Shown here piece by piece: positions 9,242 to 18,298 of a stretch of 37,653 bases of DNA. This stretch comes from Francisella tularensis subsp. holarctica (GTDB lineage Bacteria > Pseudomonadota > Gammaproteobacteria > Thiomicrospirales > Thiomicrospiraceae). A model generated the notes under the pieces. It was not told the DNA's origin. It did not search any database and was given only the letters and a program-made list of their open reading frames with translations. Where the stretch lies: assembly GCA_945874205.1 (NCBI GenBank), contig CAMCGI010000001.1, positions 1 through 37,653 of the forward strand, given 5' to 3'. The translations under genes and the position numbers were made by a program. The stretch's first letter is position 1. Each line of letters opens with the position of its first letter.

Positions 9242-10588
9242 TTATTTACCGATACAAAATTCACTAAATATTCGTCCCAGTAAATCATCCGCACGGAAAG
9301 CTCCTGTAATTTCGCTCAATGACACCTGTGCCAAACGCAACTCTTCGGCAAGCAAGTCACCAGCATTGTAAGTCACCAACTGATAATGACCGCGTGCCAA
9401 GGCTTCTTGTGCCCGTGTGAGCGCATCAATATGACGTGCACGTGCTAAAATAACACCCTCGTTTACGTGTTGAACACCCAATACCATTGCAAGATGATTG
9501 CGTAAACCATCTAATCCATCGCCTGTTTTAGCAGACAAATAAACCGATGTTTCACCATCTTCATCCTGACAGACATCCGCTTTACCCTGTATGGCATCTT
9601 GCTTGTTCCATACTAGCGTGACAGGCAAACTTGCTGGTAATAATGCACGTAAGCGTGTATCTTCGTGCGTCCAACCTTGGCGACTGTCGAGCAAAAATAA
9701 GGCATGATCAGCTTTGCTGATGGCATCCCATGCACGTTGCACACCAATACGCTCAACAGGATCATCTGTTTCGCGTAACCCTGCCGTATCGAGCACCTGA
9801 ACAGGCAGTCCATTTAAATCAATTTCTTCACGCAACACATCGCGTGTTGTGCCCGCAATATCGGTGACAATTGCCGTGTCTTGACGTGTTAGAGCATTGA
9901 GCAAGCTCGACTTTCCTGCATTAGGCTGCCCTGCAATGACTAGGCGAATACCATCACGCAATCGTGCTCCTTGTTTGGCACGAGCGAACAAGCCGTCAAG
10001 CGCCTTAACAATGACCAATAAACGCGTCAATACAACCCCATCACCTAAAAAATCAATTTCCTCTTCAGGAAAATCGATAGCTGCTTCGACGTATAAGCGT
10101 AACAAAGTCAAACTTTCGACTAATGCATTCACCTCACTCGAAAATGCGCCTTGTAACGACGATAAAGCACTACGTGCTGCTGCATCAGAACTCGCAGCAA
10201 TTAAATCGGCAACCGCTTCTGCCTGTGCTAAATCGAGCTTATCATTTAAAAAGGCACGTTGCGAAAACTCACCAGGTTGCGCCAAACGCGCACCCAACTC
10301 GCAGACGCGCTTGAGTAACCACGTCATGACAATAGAACCACCATGCCCCTGCAACTCCAATACATCTTCGCCAGTAAACGAATGTGGATTTGGGAAGTAC
10401 AGTGCGATACCCACATCTAACGTTGAACCATCAACAGCCAAAAAAGGGGCATGATGCGCATAGCGCGATCTAGGCATAAATCCTAATATTGCTTGTGCAA
10501 TCATCGGCACAGCACTACCCGATACACGAATAATACCCACACCACCACGACCTGATGGTGTTGCTAATGCTGCAATCGTATCTGTCAT
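9242..10588 (-). CDS. mnmE: tRNA modification GTPase MnmE (TrmE)
   Basis: It shows [22 protein letters not shown], the G-domain motifs [12 protein letters not shown] and DTAGLR, and the C-terminal FCIGK. GGAG lies 6 nt upstream of the ATG. Confidence 0.95.
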   Translation of the reverse strand: MTDTIAALATPSGRGGVGIIRVSGSAVPMIAQAILGFMPRSRYAHHAPFLAVDGSTLDVGIALYFPNPHSFTGEDVLELQGHGGSIVMTWLLKRVCELGARLAQPGEFSQRAFLNDKLDLAQAEAVADLIAASSDAAARSALSSLQGAFSSEVNALVESLTLLRLYVEAAIDFPEEEIDFLGDGVVLTRLLVIVKALDGLFARAKQGARLRDGIRLVIAGQPNAGKSSLLNALTRQDTAIVTDIAGTTRDVLREEIDLNGLPVQVLDTAGLRETDDPVERIGVQRAWDAISKADHALFLLDSRQGWTHEDTRLRALLPASLPVTLVWNKQDAIQGKADVCQDEDGETSVYLSAKTGDGLDGLRNHLAMVLGVQHVNEGVILARARHIDALTRAQEALARGHYQLVTYNAGDLLAEELRLAQVSLSEITGAFRADDLLGRIFSEFCIGK

Positions 10589-10615
10589 ACAAAACTCCTA
10601 CAATGCATTTTAATA

Positions 10616-10639
10616 ACAAAAAAGCGGCTTTTCGCCGCT
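10616..10639 (-). terminator. Rho-independent terminator/attenuator between yidC and mnmE
   Basis: On the minus strand agcggc-gaaaa-gccgct is followed by ttttttgtt, and it lies 19 nt past the yidC stop. Confidence 0.6.
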
Positions 10640-10657
10640 ATTTCGTTGCACTTCATC

Positions 10658-12361
10658 TTAACCGTGATGATGCGCTAATGGCTTTTCTTGCGCTTCAATT
10701 TGACGCGTAATATGCCACTGTTGTGCAATCGACAAGGTGTTGTTGACTACCCAATACAGCACCAAACCAGAGGGAATAAACAAAAAGAATATGGTGAAAA
10801 TGTAAGGTAAAAACTTCATCACTTTTTCTTGCATAGGATCAGTTGGTGGTGGGTTCAACTTTTGTTGAATCACCATACTGATACCCATCAATACTGGCAA
10901 AATAAAGAAAGGATCATAATGTGATAAGTCGTTTAACCACAAAAATGGCGTCATACGCAATTCAACGGCTTCTAATAACACCCAATACAACGATAAAAAG
11001 ACAGGAATTTGAACTAAAATTGGCAAACACCCACCCAGTGGGTTAATTTTCTCAGTCTTGTACAGTTCCATCATTTTCTGTTGGAATAACATTTTATCAT
11101 GACTGTAGTTGTCTTTTAAATGCTGTAAACGTGGTGTTAGTTTACGCAAATTAGCCATCGACTTATAGCCTGCTTCCGACAACTTATAAAAAGCACCTTT
11201 TAATAGCATCGTTACCAGAATAATTGCCCATCCCCAGCTCCAAAAGCCCGCAACAGGTTCAACTAGCGCATTCAAATGCTCTAACAACCAAAACATCGGC
11301 TGTGCTAAAAAAGCCAATACGCCATAATCAACAGTGAGTTCTAAACCAGGAGCAAGGTCTTTCATTAACCCTTGTAGTTTAGGACCTGCATATAGCTGAA
11401 CACTGGTAGTGATGCTTGCCCCTGCAGAAACTGCTAAAGTAGGTGCAATCAGACCCAATGCATGACGCTCAGTATCCAGCGTTTTGCTGTAATAATGCAT
11501 TGATTCAGTGGTGTTTGGAACAATAGCTGCAATAAAATAATGCTGCATCATTCCTAACCAGCCACCCACAGCATCACGATTAATGGGCTGTTTATCCATG
11601 TCACTAAAGGCAATTTTGTCAAACTTATTTACTTCATCATACAAAGCACCACCTGTATAAGTGGGTAACCAAAAGCTTGATGAGGGATCATAACTATTGC
11701 GAACAAGCTGCTGATAAGGACTTGCTTGCCAAATTTCTGTGCCATTATTGGTAACTTTGGTTTCTAATTTAATGACATGACTAGCACGAGTAAAGATATA
11801 CGTTTTTTCAACACGAACGCCCGATTTTTCCCATACAAATGGCACACGCAACTCTTTATCCCCAGCTGCTAAGGTATAACTGCTTGCTGGTGATGTGTAA
11901 ACATCATGATGTGTTGGCACAGCACCTGCTTGTCCTGCAAAGCCTGATTGCATCATAAACAGATAAGGTGACTTATCTGAGAGTAGTGTAAATGCGTCCT
12001 TGTCTTCGCGTGAAATCGCATAGTCATTTAATGACATAAAGCGCAAATCAGCACCTTGCGTATCTAATTCGGCATTAATAACATCAGTTTTGACGATGAT
12101 ACGCGCTGCACTCGCGATACGTGTTTCAGGAGTAGGAACAGCATCAGGACTCGCTTGTAGTGTACTCGCTTTAGCGGCTTGAGGTACATCACCACTAGCT
12201 GGCAAGGGCGTGGGAACGCCTGCATCAGTTTTTACACTAGTCTGAGTGGTGACAGGCGTTGTCCCCATTGCTTTTTGATTTAAAAAATGTGTCCATTCTG
12301 TCCAAAGCATAAAGAGTGTGAAAGCTAATGCAATCCACCAAAGGGCACGAAAATTGTTCAT
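10658..12361 (-). CDS. yidC: Membrane protein insertase YidC
   Basis: The 567 aa product has an N-terminal TM, a large periplasmic domain and a C-terminal 5-TM core with GCLPILVQIPVFLSLYWVL and LVLYWVVNN. It shares an ATGA overlap with rnpA. Confidence 0.95.
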   Translation of the reverse strand: MNNFRALWWIALAFTLFMLWTEWTHFLNQKAMGTTPVTTQTSVKTDAGVPTPLPASGDVPQAAKASTLQASPDAVPTPETRIASAARIIVKTDVINAELDTQGADLRFMSLNDYAISREDKDAFTLLSDKSPYLFMMQSGFAGQAGAVPTHHDVYTSPASSYTLAAGDKELRVPFVWEKSGVRVEKTYIFTRASHVIKLETKVTNNGTEIWQASPYQQLVRNSYDPSSSFWLPTYTGGALYDEVNKFDKIAFSDMDKQPINRDAVGGWLGMMQHYFIAAIVPNTTESMHYYSKTLDTERHALGLIAPTLAVSAGASITTSVQLYAGPKLQGLMKDLAPGLELTVDYGVLAFLAQPMFWLLEHLNALVEPVAGFWSWGWAIILVTMLLKGAFYKLSEAGYKSMANLRKLTPRLQHLKDNYSHDKMLFQQKMMELYKTEKINPLGGCLPILVQIPVFLSLYWVLLEAVELRMTPFLWLNDLSHYDPFFILPVLMGISMVIQQKLNPPPTDPMQEKVMKFLPYIFTIFFLFIPSGLVLYWVVNNTLSIAQQWHITRQIEAQEKPLAHHHG

Positions 12362-12786
12362 GATGCAGTCCTGTCAGAAGAATTATCTGTCGTTTTTTTA
12401 ATGCGGGGAGTAAAAAGAGTAAAGAGTTTAATCAGTTGTTCTGTAAGTGTGTCGTTATCGGCTGTCTGTGCTGATCTACCAGCCATCACTACCAAATTGA
12501 CACCAATAAGTTGTGCTTGCATTTTTCTGAATGCCTCACGGCTGAGACGTTTAAGCCGATTACGTTCGTGCGCACGACGCACGGTTTTTTTCGCAATGGC
12601 TAACCCAAGTTGAGTTTTGTTTTCTTTGTGTGCAAATCCGTAAACAGTCCAATAAGGATTGCCAACACGTTTTGCATTATCAAATACTTGCTTATAATCT
12701 TTGCCTGTTAATAGGCGTTGTTGGCGAGAAAAACCAAACGGCTTTTCTCTGTCGGCTTGCCGCCCTAATGCATATTCTGACGGCAA
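12358..12786 (-). CDS. rnpA: RNase P protein component RnpA
   Basis: LGLAIAKKTVRRAHERNRLKRLSREAFR is the RNR-box region of RnpA. The track start is a TTG with GGAAG upstream, so the exact start is uncertain. The product (142 aa) is longer than the usual ~120 aa. Confidence 0.85.
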   Translation of the reverse strand: MPSEYALGRQADREKPFGFSRQQRLLTGKDYKQVFDNAKRVGNPYWTVYGFAHKENKTQLGLAIAKKTVRRAHERNRLKRLSREAFRKMQAQLIGVNLVVMAGRSAQTADNDTLTEQLIKLFTLFTPRIKKTTDNSSDRTAS

Positions 12787-12801
12787 AATGCTAACTTCCG
12801 A

Positions 12802-12939
12802 TTAAACAGTCGTTAAACGCTTACGCCCTTGAGAACGACGGTTAGCAAGGATAGCACGACCACCTTTAGTTGCCATACGAGCACGGAAGCCGTGATTACG
12901 CGCGCGCTTAAGCACGCTAGGTTGGAATGTACGCTTCAT
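12802..12939 (-). CDS. rpmH: 50S ribosomal protein L34
   Basis: Absent from the ORF track because it is under 60 aa. Translation gives [45 protein letters not shown] (45 aa), with AGGAG upstream. Confidence 0.92.
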   Translation of the reverse strand: MKRTFQPSVLKRARNHGFRARMATKGGRAILANRRSQGRKRLTTV

Positions 12940-13043
12940 TGCCTACTCCTAAAAAATTGCTGTAAATTCAAAACAGCACATTCTATTATGTTATAGCGAT
13001 TAGCGCAAGGATTAATTAAAAAAGCATCTATCGACTTGCTCAC

Positions 13044-13694
13044 TTATACAGCAAGATTAATCTTTGTTGCAGATGCTGTCGCTGAATTAGTCAATGCTGT
13101 ATTTGCCATTTGTTCATAACGACGTATCATAGAAGACAATTGTTTTTGCAATTGCTCTACACTACTAGGTGTACTTGTTGCCGCTGTTGTCGTAGCAGCG
13201 GTTGTAGCACTGCTAGCCGCTGTCGCTGTGCTGGCTGTATTATTTTGAAGTGCTTTCATAAGCGCATCCAATGCTTGATCTTGAGGATTGCTACTTGCAT
13301 CCGTTGTTTGAGACGCTGTTGATGACTCAGGCAACGGAGGTGGTGATGGCATACCACCCTGCTGTTGCTGTGTTTGCATGCGCGTTTGAAACTGATCAGA
13401 TACTTTTTGAAACATTGCAGTCATTTCTTCCTGCGTAACCTTGCCATCTGCATTGCCATCCATCGCACTGAAGAACTTACTTGCATCTTCTGATGTGACA
13501 GGACTACTTTGCGACTCTGTCTGTGAACCTAATGCAGCCAAAAATGATTGGCTATCAATACTTCCCTGACCCGTTGGGTCTAGTTTAGAAAACACATCAC
13601 TCGCTAATGCACCAGCATTAGGTTTGTGATGGGCATGATGCATGCCTTGCATCATGCCCGCATTCATACTACCCACACTATTGATGCTACTCAT
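13044..13694 (-). CDS. EF-hand pair protein with a His-rich N-terminus and a Thr/Ala/Ser-rich low-complexity C-terminal half
   Basis: A canonical 12-residue EF loop, DGNADGKVTQEE, occupies aa 79-90, and a degenerate partner loop, DPTGQGSIDSQS, occupies aa 39-50. The N-terminus reads MQGMHHAHHKPN and there is no signal peptide. AAGGAAC precedes the ATG. Confidence 0.6.
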   Translation of the reverse strand: MSSINSVGSMNAGMMQGMHHAHHKPNAGALASDVFSKLDPTGQGSIDSQSFLAALGSQTESQSSPVTSEDASKFFSAMDGNADGKVTQEEMTAMFQKVSDQFQTRMQTQQQQGGMPSPPPLPESSTASQTTDASSNPQDQALDALMKALQNNTASTATAASSATTAATTTAATSTPSSVEQLQKQLSSMIRRYEQMANTALTNSATASATKINLAV

Positions 13695-13796
13695 GGTTAT
13701 AGTTCCTTAATTTATCATTTTATCATTGATTCATTTGTGTGCTTGCGACTCCCTACTTCACCTAAAGGCAAAGTGGTTGTTTCTTGAGTTAAGGTA

Positions 13797-13813
13797 ATGC
13801 AAGATTGATACCA
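13797..13813 (-). promoter_or_regulatory. Candidate sigma-54 (-24/-12) promoter upstream of the EF-hand gene
   Basis: The minus strand reads TGGTAT-CAATC-TTGCAT, against the consensus TGGCAC-N5-TTGCW. GG and GC are exactly 10 nt apart, about 100 nt upstream of the ATG at 13694. Confidence 0.3.
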
Positions 13814-13899
13814 AATAGACAAATGCTAAATAAAAAATTAAAAATTTAGCAATAACAGCAGGAAAAATTAAATGAATAATAAAAAACAACAGCAAATGG

Positions 13900-13932
13900 G
13901 GCAATGCGTGCCGCTAAATGGCAAGCATTGCC
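13900..13932 (-). terminator. Interrupted 12-bp hairpin downstream of the decarboxylase gene
   Basis: ggcaatgc/gcattgcc plus an inner tgcc/ggca stem surround a 7-nt loop. On the minus strand a T-rich run (ttgttttttatt) begins about 10 nt after the stem, so this is not a textbook terminator. Confidence 0.4.
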
Positions 13933-13996
13933 GCTATTACTAACAACTAGCGTGAAGTGTGGGCACGCCAAACATTAATAAACGGTATCGCTTATT

Positions 13997-16264
13997 TTAA
14001 CGTTGTACACAATCAACGGAATAACGCTTACTACCATCAGGCATGTCTTCGACTGTTAAGCCGTGCACATCGGTATTAAAGCCAGGGAACTTGGCATTAA
14101 ACTCGCGAGCAAATTTGAGATAGTCCACAATGGTTTTATTAAAACGCTCACCTGGAATTAATAACGGGATACCTGGTGGATAAGGTGTTACTAAACTGGC
14201 TGTAATGCGACCTTCTAACTCATCAATACTGACACGCTCAATTTTACGATGCGTCATCATGGCGAAGGCATCAGCAGGCTTCATTGCCGCTTCCATTTCT
14301 GATAAGTACATATCAGTGGTTAAATGGGCAATATCATGCTGTGTATAGAAGCTATGGAATTGTTTGCATAGATCACGCAAACCTACCTTTTCATACCGTG
14401 GATTTTTGGTAATAAACTCAGGTAGGACACGCCACAATGGTTGGTTCTTATCAAAGTCATCTTTGAACTGTTGCAGTGCTGCCATCAGTGTGTTCCAACG
14501 ACCTTTAGTAATACCAATAGTAAACATGATAAAGAAGCTATACAAACCACATTTTTCAACGATAACACCATGCTCTGCTAAATACTTCGTTACGATAGCA
14601 GCAGGAATGCCCCACTCATCAAAATCACCATCAACATCTAATCCAGGGGTAATAATGGTTGCTTTGATTGGATCAAGCATATTGAAACCATCTGCAAGAT
14701 TACCAAAGCCATGCCAACGATCATTAGGTTTTAGCACCCAAGAATCGCGATCTTCAACACCTTCTTGATTGCTGACATCGGGTCCCCACACCTTGAACCA
14801 CCAAGAATCACCGTACTCTTCATCGACTTTTGCCATTGCATGACGGAAATTAATTGATTCAGAAATTGACTCTTCGACCAATGCCGTACCACCAGGAGCC
14901 TCCATCATTGCTGCTGCCACGTCACAGCTAGCAATAATGGCATATTGTGGGCTAGTCGAGCTATGCATTAAATAGGCTTCATTGAAAACATGCAAATCGA
15001 GCTGTGTATTTTTGGCATTTTGTACCAAAATTTGTGAAGCTTGCGACAAGCCTGCAAGTAGCTTATGCGTTGATTGTGTTGCAAACACCATTGATTTTTC
15101 GGTACGTGTGCCATCGCGCGAAATAGCATGCATCCCTTTATAAAAATCGTGAAAGGTCGCATGCGGCAACCATGCTTCGTCAAAGTGTAAGGTGTCTACC
15201 CAGCCATCCAGTCGCTCTTTAATCATACCCGTGTTGTATAGCACACCATCGTAGGTACTTTGGGTAATTGTCAAAATACGGGGATCAGTACCCAGTGTGC
15301 TGGCAATGGGATGAGCTGCTATTTTTGCTTTGATCGTTTCACGCTCAAACTCGCTTAAGGGAATAGGACCAATAATGCCATAGTGGTTGCGTGTTGGGGT
15401 TAAGAATACTGGAATTGCGCCCGTCATGGTAATGGCGTGCAAAATCGATTTATGGCAATTACGGTCAACGATGACAATATCGTTGTCAGCAACACATGAG
15501 TGCCACACCATTTTGTTCGAGGTCGATGTGCCGTTGGTGACAAAGAATAGGTGGTCAGCACTAAAGATGCGAGCAGCATTACGCTCAGAGGCAGCAACAG
15601 GACCTGTATGATCAAGCAGTTGTCCTAATTCGTCTACAGCATTACACACATCGGCACGTAATAAGTTTTCGCCAAAGAATTGGTGAAACATTTGTCCAAC
15701 AGGCGACTTTAAGAATGCTACACCACCAGAATGTCCTGGGCAATGCCATGAATAAGAACCATCGGCAGCATAATGGGTAAGCGCACGAAAAAAAGGTGGT
15801 GCAAGGCTATCTAAATAAGCTTTTGCTTCGCGGATAATATAACGTGCCACAAACTCTGGCGTATCTTCAAACATATGGATGAAGCCATTGAGTTCGCGCA
15901 AAATATCGTTAGGAATATGACGAGCAGTACGGGTTTCACCATGCAAGAAAATAGGTATTTCGGCATTGCGCCAGCGAATTTCTTCGACGAAAGCACGCAG
16001 GTCAGTAATGGCTTTGGGATCTGTTTTAGTGCCATCTTCATTTTGTACCGTTGCAGTCATTTCTTCATCGTCAATTGCCAAAATAAATGCGCAAGCACGA
16101 CTTTGTTGTTGTGCAAAGGTCGATAAGTCACCATAACTTGTGACACCAAGTACTTCGATATTTTCAGCTTGAATCGCATCGGCAAGAGCACGAATCCCCA
16201 AACCAGAGGTATTCTCAGAGCGAAAATCTTCATCGATGATGACGACAGGAAAGCGAAAGCGCAT
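13997..16264 (-). CDS. Large (755 aa) Orn/Lys/Arg decarboxylase-family PLP enzyme, most like LdcA/LdcC-type lysine decarboxylases
   Basis: It has an N-terminal wing domain, a PLP-lysine context ATQSTHKLLAGLSQASQILV, and the motifs FVTNGTSTSNK and HFDEAW, which are typical of the fold-I biodegradative decarboxylase family. Confidence 0.88.
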   Translation of the reverse strand: MRFRFPVVIIDEDFRSENTSGLGIRALADAIQAENIEVLGVTSYGDLSTFAQQQSRACAFILAIDDEEMTATVQNEDGTKTDPKAITDLRAFVEEIRWRNAEIPIFLHGETRTARHIPNDILRELNGFIHMFEDTPEFVARYIIREAKAYLDSLAPPFFRALTHYAADGSYSWHCPGHSGGVAFLKSPVGQMFHQFFGENLLRADVCNAVDELGQLLDHTGPVAASERNAARIFSADHLFFVTNGTSTSNKMVWHSCVADNDIVIVDRNCHKSILHAITMTGAIPVFLTPTRNHYGIIGPIPLSEFERETIKAKIAAHPIASTLGTDPRILTITQSTYDGVLYNTGMIKERLDGWVDTLHFDEAWLPHATFHDFYKGMHAISRDGTRTEKSMVFATQSTHKLLAGLSQASQILVQNAKNTQLDLHVFNEAYLMHSSTSPQYAIIASCDVAAAMMEAPGGTALVEESISESINFRHAMAKVDEEYGDSWWFKVWGPDVSNQEGVEDRDSWVLKPNDRWHGFGNLADGFNMLDPIKATIITPGLDVDGDFDEWGIPAAIVTKYLAEHGVIVEKCGLYSFFIMFTIGITKGRWNTLMAALQQFKDDFDKNQPLWRVLPEFITKNPRYEKVGLRDLCKQFHSFYTQHDIAHLTTDMYLSEMEAAMKPADAFAMMTHRKIERVSIDELEGRITASLVTPYPPGIPLLIPGERFNKTIVDYLKFAREFNAKFPGFNTDVHGLTVEDMPDGSKRYSVDCVQR

Positions 16265-16307
16265 ATGCGTGATTCCTCAGAATTCAAAATGGTAAACAAT
16301 AGGGCGC

Positions 16308-16335
16308 ATTATGACATAATTAATGCGGTGTTAAA
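16308..16335 (-). promoter_or_regulatory. Candidate sigma-70 promoter for the decarboxylase gene
   Basis: The minus strand reads TTTAAC-N16-(TGT)CATAAT, an extended -10, about 45 nt upstream of the ATG at 16264. Confidence 0.3.
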
Positions 16336-16374
16336 TGAAAAAATAGTAACATTCGACAATGGATATTATGGCAT

Positions 16375-17280
16375 CTAAGCAGGCATTTCATCTGCTAAGC
16401 TTAGCCAAGCCTCTTCGTTAACTAATACACGAACACGCGCTGCTACCTGTCCAAAATCAATAGCGTTTAATCCGATTGAACCAAGGCGAAGTTCTGTTAG
16501 CTCAGAGAGTACATTAGGTGTTGAGGCACAAATTCCATTATTAAAACCCAGATAGAAACTCATATTTTCAGCTGTCAACAACACATCCGCCCACGGTTGC
16601 ATTGTTACAGGAAGTCGCGCAGGAAAATGATGCCCTGCTACAGCCATAATCCACTCTTCAGGAAAGTGCCAAGAGCGCAATAAAATACTACCTGCGATAG
16701 CATGATTAATACCCAATTCTTGCTGTTCGATACGCGCTAACGCAATAGGATTATCACGTGCTAACAGTGCCACATCCCCATAACGATCAGCACAACAACT
16801 GTCTAATAAAAAAATACCCAAGTCGTGTGCTAATCCTAATGTAAAGGCAGTTGATGTATCTAATTCAGTACCGCGTTTTTGCATTAACAACACAAGCTCA
16901 CGTGCCGCCACAGCTGTGACAAAAGCATTACGCCAAAACACTCTTGCCGAAAATGTTTTAGGGGCATTCATCATATTCATAAAGGAAGCAGCACAAGCCA
17001 ACATGCGCACAGTCGAAAAGCCGAGTCGACGAACAGCTTCTTCTAAATTTTGTACGGGAGAATGCACGACATATTTAGCAGAATTGACTGTTTTCATAAT
17101 ACGAGCAACCACACCTATATCAGTTTCTAGCACAGCCGTTACTAATTCAACTGACACATTAGCGTCATTTAATACCTCATCTAAGCGAGTAATTACCGAA
17201 GGAAACATCGGTAATGCTTTGTGATTTTCTAACCAACTATTGAGCAATTCAATTGTTAGTTTTGGTTGTATCGTATTCAT
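16375..17280 (-). CDS. Stand-alone HDOD-domain protein (paralogue 2)
   Basis: LPMFPSVITRLDEVLND..., GLAHDLGIFLL and AGHHFPARL are HDOD signatures. I place the start at the ATG at 17280, which forms an ATGA overlap with the upstream paralogue's stop. The track start is at 17307. Confidence 0.8.
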   Translation of the reverse strand: MNTIQPKLTIELLNSWLENHKALPMFPSVITRLDEVLNDANVSVELVTAVLETDIGVVARIMKTVNSAKYVVHSPVQNLEEAVRRLGFSTVRMLACAASFMNMMNAPKTFSARVFWRNAFVTAVAARELVLLMQKRGTELDTSTAFTLGLAHDLGIFLLDSCCADRYGDVALLARDNPIALARIEQQELGINHAIAGSILLRSWHFPEEWIMAVAGHHFPARLPVTMQPWADVLLTAENMSFYLGFNNGICASTPNVLSELTELRLGSIGLNAIDFGQVAARVRVLVNEEAWLSLADEMPA

Positions 17281-18170
17281 TGTAAGCTGTCCGTCAATTC
17301 TAACCATCCTTCGCTATCTAAACATGTTTGAATGTTTTGTGATAACAGTAAAAAATCTGCTTCAGAAATATCATAAAACTTACAACGATGTGCCACTAAC
17401 TCACTCATCATCTGCGAGGGTTCTTTATATACACCATTAGGATAGCCTAGTCGTGCAGCAATTATTTCAGCAAACAATAGTACATCAGCTAAAGGCTGTA
17501 AGTCTGGTTGTAATCGTGCAGGAAAATGATGTGCAGCAATTGCCATTGCGATATGGTCTGCAAATCCCCATTGTTTTAATAATGCAGCACCAATAATAGC
17601 ATGTGTTGTACCCAGCAACCGTTGTTCGAGTAGGTTTTGATCTTCAAAATCAACTTGCTCAAAAACCTCTCCAAAGTCACAAGGACTAAATAGATCTAAT
17701 AATAATATGCCAATATCATGAGACAATCCTAGTAAAAATGCAGTGGGTGCATCACATATCCGTTTATGTTTAACAGTTGTAAACCAAATTGATAACTCAC
17801 GCGCAGCTACCGCCGAAGCAAAAGCATGTTGCCAAAATACTGTTGGTACAATATGCTTTGGTTTGGTAAAACCAGAAATATATGAAACAGCAAATGCGAC
17901 AGCACGAACTTCAGCAAAACCAAGACGTTGTATCGCATCCTGTAAGTCTTTAGGTGGTTTCATGCCATAACGAGCCGATGAAGCAGAGCGCATGATGCGC
18001 GAAGCAATTATCATATCGGTTGAAACAACATTCAAAACTTGCTCGATATTCGCATGAGGTTGATTTAACACTTCATCGAGTTTTGCAATAACTGTTGGAA
18101 AAACTGGCAGGGATTTACGCTCGTTTAACGAAAGTAGCACCATATTGCTAGATATTTTCGCATGTTGCAT
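17277..18170 (-). CDS. Stand-alone HDOD-domain protein (paralogue 1)
   Basis: It shows LPVFPTVIAKLDEVLNQ..., GLSHDIGILLL and AAHHFPARL. AAGGAA lies 5 nt upstream of the ATG. Confidence 0.8.
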   Translation of the reverse strand: MQHAKISSNMVLLSLNERKSLPVFPTVIAKLDEVLNQPHANIEQVLNVVSTDMIIASRIMRSASSARYGMKPPKDLQDAIQRLGFAEVRAVAFAVSYISGFTKPKHIVPTVFWQHAFASAVAARELSIWFTTVKHKRICDAPTAFLLGLSHDIGILLLDLFSPCDFGEVFEQVDFEDQNLLEQRLLGTTHAIIGAALLKQWGFADHIAMAIAAHHFPARLQPDLQPLADVLLFAEIIAARLGYPNGVYKEPSQMMSELVAHRCKFYDISEADFLLLSQNIQTCLDSEGWLELTDSLQ

Positions 18171-18298
18171 CAGAATTCCTTATGGGTACAATATAAACTT
18201 TTTTAAAGTTATATTAAAACAGTGTATAAACGTTTATTTTGCTTGATTTATAATCATGATGCAAGCCAAGCTTAAAAAATTAAGGAAGTAGATTAATC

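Noticed and set aside
9897-10454. 185-aa plus-strand ORF (and a 63-aa ORF at 10123-10314) inside mnmE
   Set aside because: It is entirely antisense to a strongly supported conserved gene. Its product is a Ser/Ala/Pro/Lys-rich low-complexity sequence with no RBS, which marks it as a typical shadow ORF.
13712-13735. Reading the AATGATAA repeats as a Fur box
   Set aside because: The repeat period is 8 nt rather than the 6-nt GATAAT phasing of Fur boxes, and the match to the 19-mer consensus is poor. I kept it only as an unexplained direct repeat.
13872-13943. 23-codon plus-strand ORF (MNNKKQQQMGQCVPLNGKHCRYY) with AGGA 8 nt upstream
   Set aside because: It coincides with the hairpin that most likely terminates the convergent decarboxylase transcript, and it has no downstream plus-strand gene to serve as a leader for. 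It cannot be excluded as a small protein, but nothing supports that beyond the SD-like sequence.
12940-13996. Possible oriC or DnaA-box cluster next to rpmH
   Set aside because: I found no TTATCCACA/TGTGGATAA-type boxes and no AT-rich 13-mer array by eye. dnaA is absent, and the region is occupied by a coding gene and its leader.
14364-14768. 134-aa plus-strand ORF and several 60-80-aa ORFs on both strands within the decarboxylase gene (13997-16264)
   Set aside because: These are shadow or alternative-frame ORFs inside a full-length, motif-complete 755-aa gene, and none has recognisable motifs. The same reasoning applies to 2221-2532, 4912-5256, 29085-29417, 29565-29834 and the other short nested ORFs in the track.
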